Shown: in pieces, positions 13,251 through 26,104 of the stretch | Position numbering within the stretch: the first letter of the stretch is position 1 | How the letters are laid out: every line of letters starts with the position of its first letter | Assembly (NCBI GenBank): GCA_965285935.1 | Contig: OZ260661.1 | Location: 118,358,001 to 118,422,000, forward strand | Reading direction: 5' to 3' | From: Ophelia neglecta | Taxonomy: Eukaryota | DNA length: 64,000 nt | Position numbers and translations under genes: made by a program | Notes under the pieces: generated by a model | The model's input: the letters and a program-made list of their open reading frames with translations, nothing else | Told to the model about the DNA's origin: nothing | Database searches by the model: none

Positions 13251-16200
13251 GGGTATACCGAACCCCTACTGGATGTTAAATTTCATAATTGGGTGATTTT
13301 TGAAAATGTACTGTTTTAGATAGAGCTTGATCTGCTCTATCCATTGGTGTGTTTATTTTCATTCTTAGCATTTTATATTTTACTCATAAAAGGATTTTTA
13401 TTCATGCCCATCAGCTAATTGTTTGTTTACAATATTGGTATTGTTAGCCACATGACCATAGTGATCAGCCATGCATGACCAAGCATTAGGCAATGGTAAT
13501 TAGGCTCCTCCCCGCTCTCACTGGATCACTGATAGTTGTGATAAACTGAATAATATGACAGGTGGGATACCTGTACATAATATATATATCTTTATTTCCT
13601 CCATGTCATGAAGAGTACATTTTAAATGAATCAAGTGAAATATTAATAAAGCATAATCTATAATTATAACATTAAACATTATTTACAAGGAAAAGAAAAA
13701 TTACATGGAGTATAAATCCGAATTTAGGAACAGTAGCTATTTCTATGCCCAAAATATTATATTAAATTTAACAACTAAATTGTTACTATATATCAGAATG
13801 CATCAAATACGACCCACGGAAAACTTTGAACAAAATTGCGGTTACGAGAGAATATCAAATCATTGATAATTTCATTTACACTGATTTCCGCTAAACTTGC
13901 CATAATAAGGATTTACAATGTTCACAATTCCATATGTGTAAGCCCACGCGGTGCCATGCCAGGACACATTCCCTTGCGAATTCATACCGGTCATATACGA
14001 CATTTGGTATGTTAAGTCCCAGTAAGTGTAAGGTAAGTTCTCTGTCACTACACATCATCAGGTATCGTTCGATATCTATTTGCCATAGATCGGTGGAGAG
14101 CCAAAAAGTATCTCGCTCCGTCGAGAAAGCTGCGCAGCTACATAAGAAATGCACTAAAATGTCATCAAAGTTACAATCACAGAGGTGGCACCGACCACAA
14201 ATGTCGCTAGGTACTGCTAGTAAGGACGCATATGTATATAGAGCACGCCAAGGTACCGGGTTGTGCTTTTGAACATCCCACAGCCACCAGTCACCCCTTA
14301 CAGATTGAAAGTGAGGGTCCATTAAGAGAAGGCCTAGCCGCGATAAGCTACTGTCCTCCTGGATAATTTCCAGGGTATCCTCGCGTTCATGCTCTTTTAC
14401 ATTTGTTTTAACAATAGATTTCCAAAGTTGAGCTGTGGGAAACTGGCCACTGTCCAAGTAGTCACTGAGAGTATCTTGAAGGTTGTATTTAGTGAAAAGT
14501 CTAATGGTATCACTGATGAAACCTCCACTACCAGACGGACCTGTGAATAACCACATGTATAACCGTCGAATAAATATACTATGGGCACGCGTGTTGACTT
14601 GAGAAATGCACAGCTTACCAAAGAATAACAGTTTTTGCGAATCCAAGTAAGCTTCTGCAGAGATCCATCCTAACAAACTGTGAATGACCACCGTTCTGGC
14701 ACGCGGATGTAAGCGAAGAATTCTTTTGGCGCAGAAACATTGCATTGTCTCAATTTGTTTCAGTTCATAAGCACTTAGGTTGGTCCACAATTCACAGGCA
14801 AATAAAGCACTGGGCCGAACACATGCCAGATAAAGTTTAGCAAGCGTTCGTGGAGAAGCACCTAGTCTACACAAAGCTGCCATTTTCCCTCTTCCCTTTA
14901 CGCAAACGTTTAATGTTCTGGTTTTGGAAATAAAAGCGTGGTTTAGCTCAATGCCAACATGAGTTTCATCGGTGACGCGCTCCAGAGATTCCCCACCAAG
15001 ATTCCAGCCTTTGTATTTTTCGCGGTTGAGACGGGCGCTACCAAATATAATAATTTTTGATTTGCTAGGGTTGAATGCAAATCTCCATTTTTTTGCATAG
15101 TCACCGCAAATATCTAGCATTCTTTGAAGGCCATCTGGACTCAAAGACAATAAAACTACATCGTCGGCCTGGGTGGGGCTTCCACAGTATGTGTCTGCCA
15201 CCGAGGCTCCACAGCCAGATGCCTCTAGCTCCTTTAGAAGCCCATCGTAGTAAACCATGAATAGGTTTGGTCCTAATACCGAGCCTTGTCTCACTGACTG
15301 GTTAACGTGTATAACATCGGACAAAGCTCCGTCCACTCTAACCCTACACGTCATATCCTGGTATGAGTCGTGTAAGAGACGCCACAACTTTCCATGAATT
15401 CCCAGTTCGTGTAGTTTGACAAATAGGCCTTTGTGCCACACAATATCCCACCATCCACAGTTATTTTGTATATGAAGTACACGGTATTTGCAATAATCAA
15501 TCGATGTCTGAAGTCACATATTATTCTTCGCTAATTAAATTCCAACTGATGATGCATGATTTATATTTGACAAAGTCGCTAAACTTATATAAACAGATGA
15601 TCTGTCTGATACCACTAATCTCCCCTACTTGTCTCCGCCCATAAGGGCTGACGCGACGGCATCACAGCCAATTAAAATGTGTCCGTGTGGTTACCACGTG
15701 GAACTGAACGAGTGACATTTCAACCGACTAAAACTCTCCGACTAAACTCTCAAAATTACGCTTATGATTGGAAGAAAGAAAATGACAGTTTGTGGGATTG
15801 TAGGGGACTATACTGCCCTAGTGGCTAGTGAAAAGGTGAGAATGCATTAAGCCAAATCCAGGGCGTCCAAGTGAGAAAAACAGTGTTCCGGCGCCTTCTT
15901 TGTTGATTAGCCGCGAAGATGAGTTGGTGTAAATTGCAAGCTATTCATCATTTTCAAACAACGCTGGCCTCGTCAAACTTTAACCGAATTAAATCCGCAA
16001 ACGGTAACTTGTTAACAAGAGTTAGATCGAGTAAACGGTCATTCAGATTTTTTATAAGATTTTCCATCAATTAGTAATCAATAGCCAAAGTTGAAATAGC
16101 CAATAATGAGTACTATATTAGATGACTAGTTACAAAGCCTATTTAAATCACTGGTTAGGAGAGGAATTTGGAAAATCTGAATGACCGTTTACTAGTTTAC

Positions 16201-16462
16201 ACTCTTAGGAACACATTGGCACAACTGTCACACTTGTAAATACTTTCAGTGGTTCATGGCAACCTTTGAAAAAAATACCTATATTTTCTGACAAAAAGGG
16301 CTACAAATTCATAATTTTCAATTTTTTTTTCATAAATTTCCACTCATAGGCCTTTTGGTACCTAGTGGGCACTATATATAATGAAAAATTTGTTGTATAT
16401 ATTGTAATCGTCGACAAAAATCAATTATAACACTTTACATCAACTAGGGGTTCGGTATACCC
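13251..16462. mobile_element. Non-autonomous Kolobok-like DNA transposon containing a nested LINE
   Basis: TIR GGGTATACCGAACCCCTA (18 bp perfect, ~26 imperfect) at both ends, each flanked by TTAA (13247-13250, 16463-16466). A TTAA TSD with purine (GG) termini fits Kolobok rather than piggyBac (CC termini). Confidence 0.85.
13578..15447 (-). mobile_element. 5'-truncated CR1-group (Daphne/L2-like) LINE; uninterrupted 516-aa RT C-terminal ORF (15441-13891)
   Basis: VWHKGL, VRQGSVLGP, PTQADD, FNPSKSK, C-terminal CHLC..HFLCSC; 3' end AATAAAG + (AT)n at ~13578-13596. Confidence 0.9.
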
Positions 16463-17572
16463 TTAAGTATTTACAAATGGCATTTAATCAAATTGGAAGT
16501 AACAGTCAAGGCTTTTCAAACAAGTTTATTAAACCATATTTGTATTAAACCCTTAACGACAATAATGAAGTCATTTTTATACATTCAAGTGAAAGCTTAT
16601 GGTGCTTAGGAAAATAACAAGTGATGTTCCGGATTATAATCAATGGTGTTGTTAGAGAGCTTTTCAGGGGATCCTCGCCGTATGTTCCTTTGGAGATATA
16701 ACACTTATTATTTCGAAATTACCACTCTAAGGGAAGCTTTAATATATTAAAATCTATAAACTGTTCATAAATCGTTAGAAAATGCTTATGGACATGAATG
16801 TCATCACAGAAACATTGTATTTTTAAGGGATCATTAAAAAGTGGCAATGGAAAATTCAAATTTCAAAACTATTTAGTCTAGTCTAAGTAGTTATAAAGGT
16901 TTTTATGGCTTCATAATCGTACGATATGGACCACCTAAGAATACCTATCATAGAAGCTGACTTCTGAAGTGGTTTTGGCAAGGTCTGTGTACGATTTATG
17001 ACGGGTTAATACGGATTGAGTGAATTTCATCTTCAATCTTCCCACGAGCAGAACGAAACGAACCATGCTCATCGACCACCCCACCCCACCCCCCCCACCC
17101 CCCAGCCCTCATCTCACTTCTCGCAATTTTCAGATGACACCAGTTACTAGTCAACGGTTCACATTATAATTCATTCAGTGTAACTGGTGCTTTATGAGCT
17201 GTATATGTTCGGATATGCGCGTCAGCCAGGTCAGTATATATTGATTTTTACACGTGGGCTTGGTTGACTTTGTCACGCCCATAGCAAATATAACGCCAAA
17301 ACCTATAGGCTTCTTATAATGTAAATTGAAGTTGAGTGCCCCATTTTCTCCAGTGAACTAGATTATATTTCAGTGCTTATTGGAGCCCGCCAGCACGACG
17401 TACCCTTGGTTGTATCTAATAGGCCATATTTACTATTAAACGCTCAATGTGTTTTCTAACAATGTATAGGATAACACATTGGATACGGCAGGCGCCGCCT
17501 GCTTGTCGACAAGCGTAAAGTTGCTGTTGTTTTATTTTCTGTTCACCAACTGCCCTTCGTTAAACGTGCGAG

Positions 17573-19267
17573 ATGTTGATAAAGGATGAATGTATGAAGT
17601 TTTGCACGCAGACGTCTATGAAAGGAGTGCCGAGGATTGTCAAATCAGATCACACGGTGTTACGAGTAGTATGGTTCGTTTCCGTTGTATCTCTCTTCGC
17701 CTTCGGCGTATCCCAGGTCTGGCTGCTGCTCTCTACCTTCTTTAGCCACCCAGTCTTTAGTAAAGAGCAGGAAATGTTTATTGACGCAACCAACGGCATG
17801 GACCAATTAGTAATGCCTGTAGTGACTGTTTGCAGTAAAACGGCCATTCCGATGAACAATCTACGAAAAATTCCCCGAGAGATGTCTATGGATGGTTTCT
17901 ATGATAAGGTAATTAATATGACCACTTGTGCATCATGTGACGAAAGAACTAAAGGAGAATTGGAAAATCTACGTGACGAACTACTTTCTCCTGAGGGTTA
18001 TTTCCAGTTCATCGGACCGGAACGGGCTGAAAGATACGGTCACAGTGAAGGAGACTTTATTCGTGATTGTTCTCTGCATATATTTCGCGGAGTTGGTTTG
18101 TTTGACATACCGTGTCGCCATAAGGTGTCAATTATAAAACATTTGACAACGAACTATTTCAATTGCTATGAGGTAAGAATAAAGAAACAACAATTCTTGC
18201 AACAGATAACTTTTGGAATAAGTTTGACGCTATTTCTCGATGATTATCAGCTGTCACAAGAAGTCGGATCTGAATATTTCAACCCTAATTCTCAGTCTGG
18301 ATTTGACTCGGGAATTAAAGTAATATTCCACGATGCAGATGACGGGAACCATAAAGCCAATGAAAGAGGTTATCTGCCTTCTATTCGATCGTTTGACGTA
18401 CCTCCGGGGTACTCCTCAACCATTGAAATGACCAGACGAGACAGGCAGCGGCTGCCTCCGCCGCATGGAGACTGTGATCCAAGCCTGCCCACTGCTATGA
18501 ACAACCAAGTTTACTGTTCCTCTAAATGTGTCGCCTCCTACCTAGCCAATGCGTGCAATTGTACTCCGGCGTTGAATGCTGTGCCCATACTTGAGCCAAA
18601 CACCTCCCTAACATATTGTAAAGATATTCGACTTGGCATTGATCAGATATTGGCAAATACAAGATGCATAGATAACAGAGGAGTTAAACAGTTTTTCCTT
18701 TGCGCGAATGAATGCAAATATGGCTGCCACGAATGGTCCTTCACGCCAGTGCTGTCCATGTCCCGTTGGCCTAGTCCAAACTCTTTGAAGGGATTTTATC
18801 AGAAGTATGTGAAAGATCTCCTAAACAGAAATGACCCCAAGTGGTTACAACAAACATTTCTTAATCTTTCAAACGCAACACCTTCTAAGAAACATTTAGT
18901 CGGACAATTCATCGAACGAAATTTCGTAAAGGTAAAGGTGGTGCAAACCAGCCACATGTATTCGATTCTCAAAGAAGAAGTTGATATGCAGGTTGTAGAT
19001 CTGTTATCTAGTATAGGCGGAGCCATGAATTTGTGGTCGGGCATAACATTCTTGTTCTTCGTGGAAATATTGGAGCTCATCTATAGAATAATACAGCCGA
19101 AGATCAGGGCTAATCCGAACAGGACAAGGGAAGCACCGAATGAAAATGGTGGAATAAGTACTGCAGGGAAAGACGATCAAGCCATACGAGTCAAACAACA
19201 TTATCCCATTAATGTTTCGAATGCTTTTGAAGGTCATTCAAGTGCATCAATACTTGAAGTTAATTGA
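17573..19267 (+). CDS. DEG/ENaC (amiloride-sensitive Na+ channel superfamily) subunit, intronless, 564 aa
   Basis: FC-x2-TSMKG pre-TM1, TM1 (RVVWFVSVV...), MPVVTVC, YFNCY, Cys-rich thumb (C..C..CNC..C..C..C..C..C), WPS, TM2 LLSSIGGAMNLWSGITFLFFVEILEL. Confidence 0.93.
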   Translation: MLIKDECMKFCTQTSMKGVPRIVKSDHTVLRVVWFVSVVSLFAFGVSQVWLLLSTFFSHPVFSKEQEMFIDATNGMDQLVMPVVTVCSKTAIPMNNLRKIPREMSMDGFYDKVINMTTCASCDERTKGELENLRDELLSPEGYFQFIGPERAERYGHSEGDFIRDCSLHIFRGVGLFDIPCRHKVSIIKHLTTNYFNCYEVRIKKQQFLQQITFGISLTLFLDDYQLSQEVGSEYFNPNSQSGFDSGIKVIFHDADDGNHKANERGYLPSIRSFDVPPGYSSTIEMTRRDRQRLPPPHGDCDPSLPTAMNNQVYCSSKCVASYLANACNCTPALNAVPILEPNTSLTYCKDIRLGIDQILANTRCIDNRGVKQFFLCANECKYGCHEWSFTPVLSMSRWPSPNSLKGFYQKYVKDLLNRNDPKWLQQTFLNLSNATPSKKHLVGQFIERNFVKVKVVQTSHMYSILKEEVDMQVVDLLSSIGGAMNLWSGITFLFFVEILELIYRIIQPKIRANPNRTREAPNENGGISTAGKDDQAIRVKQHYPINVSNAFEGHSSASILEVN

Positions 19268-22144
19268 ATCAAACACCAATTGTTGATTTGTTAACAAACC
19301 GTGCCATAAGAAACATACACATATCCAAACATGGTCCTTCACTCTGTATTTTGGAACAAGCGTTTAACACTGCATAAAAGCGCAGATGACAGGTATTTCC
19401 GCTTCAAGAGACAACAAATTAGGCTAGGCTGCCAAGACATGTACATTTCAGATGTTTTAAAACGCTGTTCTGAACAGGAGCTGTTGTTAACAAATTTGTA
19501 CCGATGATTCCATTTCAATAGCTCCCCCCCCCCCCCTCCCTCTTCTGCTTCGCTTCCTTCGTCTCATTCTGAGAAATATCCTGTTATCACCAAAGCTATA
19601 GGAAAATCCACACTGAAAGGAGACATTTCAGCAGCTTGCCTTTCAAGTACAAACATTTTTAATTGCATCATTTAATTTTATTATCATAATTATAACTGCA
19701 CCACTGGCTTCAGTGTTTAATCTAAAAATATTTTGTTATATTAGCATAGTAACATTTGCCTTCTGTTACATGTTCAAACGATAAGAACAGTTTTCATTAT
19801 GTAATAATAATGATTTTTATCTAATAACATGCTCAAACCTAAGAGTGCAGCTGGTCAACAATTAATGATAAAATTGACAATAATGGTAACATCAACCAAG
19901 TGCTTTTAGGTTTGTATTTCGGACTAAGAAATTTTAAATTCTCGAAGAATATAACCACAACTAACCTGATCGCAGGCAATAATGTGTTACATTGATTTTT
20001 CTTCATTTTACAAATACCGACCATCACTGACCGGATTAGTATTTAGACATTCATAACGGGAGTGACGAATATTATGGAAAATTAAAATGATATTGGTTTT
20101 CAAACCTTTTGAAAATACTTCTTTCAGAAATCAAAGTTATACTTATATAATATTCAGTTTGACTACAACGCATATGTTAAGAAAAATTATAATCGAATAT
20201 AATGTTAATATGTGACACATTCTCAGACATTTACACGTTTAGATGTTACCATCATCCATTTCTGACATCTGGTAGGTGGCACTACTGCGCCTTCAATGAA
20301 TTATGGGATGTCAAGCTGTAAAAATAGTGATTGGATACCGGGCAGACATAACAATATCATTGGTCACGAATAGTCCATTTAATCGCTCCAAATTTGCCAG
20401 CAAATATCAGGGCGCAGGCGCAAGAAACAAATTTTATAGCCACAATTCCATAACTGCAAAAGATTTTGTTACCATATATGAAGGTTATTTGTAATACATT
20501 ACTTGCAACATGAAGTTATTATGATGCAATTCCAGGAATGTGGAATTTTTTTGCAGATGAATTTAAGGCTTAACGTTTTTAATATTCATATGAATATTTG
20601 CAAATATTTCAAAATACATTTCATCTTTGGGCATTTCCGCTGTGCGTTAAAACTAATACAGAAAATCGACTAAAAATCGCGTTTTCCCATTGAATATAAT
20701 ATGGCACCGTAGATGACCATGCTTCCATAATGCATTGTATGGAATTGACTACAACTAAAGCCGGTATCTGAATAAATTGGTTCATCATATACTATTTATG
20801 ATGCATTGTGTATTTATATGAATAATAAATCAATGTAATATCAGCAAGTAATGTTTAGATTATGCGGTGTTTATTCTCCAGTAAGTGAATATATTGGCAG
20901 AACGAGCAATAAAACTAGGTTAATGACAATCAAATTCAGTTGCTAACTAATAAACTAATGGGAGCAATTACTTAATTTATAAGTTTATATACTGATTCAA
21001 GACTCTATAAAATACTTCATATATGTATATATATTGGTGCATCAAACTATTCGACTTTTAACCAGGTTAATTTTGATAATGTGGGTTTTGTCAGGAATCT
21101 AAATCTAACTCGCCGACTGTAGAGTCGGTCGGAATAGTGGCTCTATTGAATTCAACATGGGTGAACTTGTAATAAAAAGACATTAAATAACGTTGCCTAT
21201 GGTAACAAATTGTGCTTAGTGCACTTTGGTCATGAGTATATTGACACGTGGCTTTGACAGGCAATAATAGAAACATAGTGGCAAAACCTATTTTATGTAA
21301 TCCTGAAGTATGTGGTTGTTCCCAATCACTCCATCAGCTTTCATAAACGATACAATTGTTCAGTGTCGACTTCTTTAATTCCAATTGATCCCTTTGCCTT
21401 TTCCTAGCAACTCATTTTGGACTTTTATGATACCAGTCAGACAATCGTTTGAGTTGATAATAAATCATTCTCAAATACAATTAATTGAGTAGTATGAAAA
21501 TAAAGATGTCCTCTACATCATCAGTAGGCGCCTTATAATCCCGTTTTGAGGTAAGTAATATAATCTCTTTGATGTTTAAAGAAGTGTTTTATATAACCCC
21601 TTATTGGTGAAAGTTTTCTCCCAGCAGTACTGTGCCTTCTACCTTTTATGTTTTGATTCATTTTTCTCGTGAAATAGAGTTTGGGCATACTATAATCAGT
21701 GATGAATTTGCATACTCATATACTCATTATTAGCAATTTTTTGCAAGATTTTAAACCAATGATATAAAGATAGATTATCAAACAATACTAACATACTTGT
21801 CCATCGTACACTGAGAAAAGCAAGTTTGTACCTGTTGTATAGGTTAGGTTCAAGTGGACAATTGAGGCAGAACCATTTATTGATTTAATGCAAGTGATAC
21901 TACCTCGCATCACGCACATGCGCGAGCTGGCGTTTATGGCGGACCAAACTTATTTCTCGCCCTACAAGTGTAACATTTAGTGTTTTGCCTGATATAGTCA
22001 TTGTAGTCTGTTAACGCGAGCAGTAGTTATGTTGCATTCTCAAATGATCAATTTAACTGGCATAGCCGCATGGTAGGCGACACGTATTATAACAAGCTCA
22101 GGTTGTGTTATTTTCTCCTTGCCACTCTTTGATTACTACGCGAG

Positions 22145-23785
22145 ATGTTTGTTAAGGATGAATGTATGAACTTCTGCAAGCAGACATCTATGAAAGGTGT
22201 ACCGAGGATAGTGCAAACAGAACACACGTGGTTGAGAGCAGTCTGGTTCCTCGCAGTGGCGACCCTCCTTGCCTTCGGCGTATCACAGGTCTGGCTGCTG
22301 CTCTCTACCTTCTTTAACCACCCCGTTGTCAGTACGGAGCAGGAACAGTTTATCGACCCAATTAACGGCCTGGACAAAATAGTAATGCCTTTGATTACGT
22401 TCTGCAGTAAAACGGCCATTCCATTGAAGAAACTACGAAAAATTCCCCCAGAGATGTCTGTTGATATTTATTATGAGACCGTATTTAATATGACCACCTG
22501 TGTATCATGTGACAAAAGAAAGAAAGAAGAAATTGAAAATCTACGTGCCGAACTTCTTTCTCCCCAGGGTTATTTCCAGTTCGTCGGGGCTGAACAAGCG
22601 CGAAGATATGGTCACATTGAAGAGGAATTTATCCGCGAATGTGCCCTACAGATATATCGCGGGGTTGGTATATTGGATGTGCCATGTCACCAGAAAGTGT
22701 CCATTACTAAACATCTGACTCCAAACTATTTCAATTGCTATGAAGTAAGAATAAAGAAACCAAATTACTCCCAGCAGCTCATTTTTGGAATAAGTTTGAC
22801 CTTTTTTGTCAATGATTATGACTTGATAGAAACAGGGAGCTCTAAATATTTCAACTCGAACTCTCAATCTGGATTTGACTCGGGAATTCGAGTAATAATT
22901 CACAATGCAGAAGATGGAAGTCATGTGGTCAATGAAAGAGGCTATCTACCTTTCATTCGATCGGTTGACGTACCTCCGGGCTACTCCTCAACCATTGAAA
23001 TTCACAGAAGAGATAGACAGCGGCTCCCTCTACCACATGGCCGCTGTGACAAAAACAGGCCTTCTGCAATAAACAATCAGCTTTACTGTGCCTCCAAATG
23101 TGTCATGTCTTATGCGACTAACAAGTGCAACTGTACTCCGGCCATGAATGCTGTGCTTATACCCTGGTCAAACAGCTCCCTGCCATATTGTAAGGATATT
23201 CGTCTAGGTATTGATCAAATAATTGAAAACACAAAATGTATAGATGGTAAAGGATTTAACCAGTTTTACCGTTGCGCCAAAAAATGTAAATATGGCTGTT
23301 ACGAATGGTCCTTTACACCAGTGGTGTCCATGTCCCGCTGGCCCAGTCCAAACTCTTTGAAGGGATTTTATCAGAAGTATGTGAAAGGAGTCCTTAATGG
23401 AAGTGAGCCGGCGTGGCTCCAACAATCGTTTCTGAATCGATCAAACACAACACCACAAGAACGATATTTAGCCGAACAATTTATTGAAAGAAACTTCGTT
23501 AAATGTAAAGTGGTTTTCACCAGTCACATGTATTCGTTACTTAAAGACACAATTGACATTCAGGTTGTAGATCTCCTGTCTAGCATAGGTGGAACCATGA
23601 ATTTGTGGTCGGGAATTACACTCCTGTTCTTTGTTGAAATATTGGAACTCTTTTATAGAATTATACAGCGAAAGATATGCCCCTCCCCTAACAGGATAAG
23701 GGGAGCACACGATCAAAATGTGGATATAGGTACAAATGAAATAGAATATGTAAAGAGCAGCGTCCGAGCACAAGCCATCGAATGA
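22145..23785 (+). CDS. DEG/ENaC subunit, intronless, 546 aa (paralog 2a)
   Basis: Same motifs as 17573..19267 and colinear with it; TM2 LLSSIGGTMNLWSGITLLFFVEILEL. Confidence 0.93.
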   Translation: MFVKDECMNFCKQTSMKGVPRIVQTEHTWLRAVWFLAVATLLAFGVSQVWLLLSTFFNHPVVSTEQEQFIDPINGLDKIVMPLITFCSKTAIPLKKLRKIPPEMSVDIYYETVFNMTTCVSCDKRKKEEIENLRAELLSPQGYFQFVGAEQARRYGHIEEEFIRECALQIYRGVGILDVPCHQKVSITKHLTPNYFNCYEVRIKKPNYSQQLIFGISLTFFVNDYDLIETGSSKYFNSNSQSGFDSGIRVIIHNAEDGSHVVNERGYLPFIRSVDVPPGYSSTIEIHRRDRQRLPLPHGRCDKNRPSAINNQLYCASKCVMSYATNKCNCTPAMNAVLIPWSNSSLPYCKDIRLGIDQIIENTKCIDGKGFNQFYRCAKKCKYGCYEWSFTPVVSMSRWPSPNSLKGFYQKYVKGVLNGSEPAWLQQSFLNRSNTTPQERYLAEQFIERNFVKCKVVFTSHMYSLLKDTIDIQVVDLLSSIGGTMNLWSGITLLFFVEILELFYRIIQRKICPSPNRIRGAHDQNVDIGTNEIEYVKSSVRAQAIE

Positions 23786-26010
23786 GTTTGAATACCATTC
23801 CATAATCTCTGTATCCGTTTGACCATCTATATTGTTATAATGTACTGCTGTAAATAACCCTATATATATTTCTCCAATGAATTAGTATGATAATGATAAA
23901 ATGAATTATATTAAATAATTAAGCCCACAGTTTACTTCACAATCAGCCAATCATGTATATATATACATGTATAGTTACATAGTCGATCCGAAGCTCTACC
24001 CCAGGTTCATTTTATACATTTAACTCATTGTATAAACGTATGTAGGATCCTGTGGTTGTTTCCTTAAATGTTCTGTAGTGTTTATATTCCAAGATGTCTG
24101 AATATGATAACTAGACCGTAATGAAATACATTTAGATTAATAATAGTATGTTAAAGAGATTAGTAATGCATTTTGATGCAAGCTAGATCGAACAAAATGC
24201 ACGACTCAAATTTGCCTGACAACACTTATTTTCTTTCTCGGAATAAATGATTATACCAACATAAAAAGGTTGTAAATTTTTATGTGCTAACTAAAATCTT
24301 TGGTTGTTCCAGTTACTTTTATATTAACTCACAAATGCCTTCCTGTGCCAGCCTACGTGTGCAGATACTTTGTTCATTTGATGAAGATTTTTTTCATGAC
24401 TATGGAGGACACTGCAATAATTTCCAGACTGGAAAATTGTGCCTTCAAATTTTTAACAGCTAGCTCATTAAAGTTGTTTGTAGATCATTCCGTCTATCAA
24501 TGGTCAACCTATATTCAAGGGACAAATAAGCGCCCCATCTTCTTTTTTGAAAAAGAAATCATTGCACTTAGTTAATTCCCGGACTCTACTAAAAAAAAGC
24601 CTTTTCTATCAACCCATCGGCTAAGAAATAATAAAATGACATTTGTATGAGGTTGGAATCGATTTTCCGCGGCGGAATACTGATGGAAGTCGCTGATTTA
24701 AGAGAAATTTATTAGACTATCGATGACAAGCGTGCTTATCATTTGTGCCAAACTGCACAAAAGGATAATTCTATATACCCAACGTGTGTCTTTAAAAGAA
24801 AAAACACGAAGTATATAGGTTATGGCATTGATCAAACTGGTCCTTTCAGACTACCACGATGATAATCACGTTTTGCCATGAAGAGAAGTTTTTGTATGCA
24901 CCAGGCCGTTTATAGAATGCGGCAAACGACCTGCTCGGTAACCATTAAATGCTCCTAAATTATATGATATATTGTCAAGCGTAAGTTGATCTAGATTTAC
25001 ATTGAAACACAAGAACTGCACTATGGTGAACAAATATATTGAACTCACCGTGTGTATATTGGCTTGTGTTTAAAGTTGTGCTCATTTATGTGAAATATAA
25101 TCCACTTTGAAGGAGCCTGAGAATACAGTCACCATATTGGGTCCTGACGTACGAGAACATCTGTAGCCTGAGAAGTTGGCGTTTTCAGGTCAATTTGGAC
25201 AAAATTAATGGGTTTGTTCTTGGTTACCGATCATGTTGTTTGGGTTGGGTATACATCCCCGTTCATAAAACCACACTCGTACAAGTCCCTTTGTACCAGT
25301 GGTTTAACCAATGGGTGGACAGAATCTTTCGACTGCCTCAAATAGGACCCAACAAGAGTTGACTAATTTCAAAATATGACTTTTTTAAAATAAGGATCCT
25401 GAACGAGTGAACTGTTAGGGCAAGACAATACCAAAGCAGGTAGTTGAGATGAATGATTAAAGCATGCAAAGAAAAGAATGGATGAGGCTATCATCGTTAT
25501 TTATAAGTACCATGATTTTAATCCTAGAAGCGTCCACAGTTTTCATTGCCGACAGTGCACATAAGCCTACATCTACAGTGGAGGGGTAGCCTCTGAGGAT
25601 GTTAGGATTCGTCTGACGCACGCTTTTAATCAATAATTCCGCCGAAAAGAGGAGATAATTCCAATAATTGTAATCCCTATTTGAACATATCGCTACCTTC
25701 ACGCCCAACAATATCTAAATGAATATAATGAGCACTAGAATTTAGGGCAAAGAAGGAATGATTCAAATCTGCTCCAGTTATGCACAAATTTTGAGGTTAT
25801 CATAAAAAATATTACAACTCACTGCAGTGTGATTTTTTATGATATTACCATACTATCGCTGCTTTCGTGTTAATGTGATTATGCATACTGGTAGAATATT
25901 GGGATTAGTTTTTCAAAGTATTGGTACAGTCGGATGTGCCTGCGACTAAACAATATCGTAAGTCATGTAAATTTGGTCGTGAAAGTAACTTTGCCATGGG
26001 ACCTTAAACC

Positions 26011-26104
26011 TATTGAGGTATAATCGTTAAATAATTAAACCTTAATATATATATATATATATATATATATTAAGGTTTAATTATTTAACGATTATACCTC
26101 AATA
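26011..26104. repeat. Perfect 94-bp palindrome centred on (TA)12
   Basis: Arm TATTGAGGTATAATCGTTAAATAATTAAACCTTAA and its exact reverse complement flank a TA run. Confidence 0.95.
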
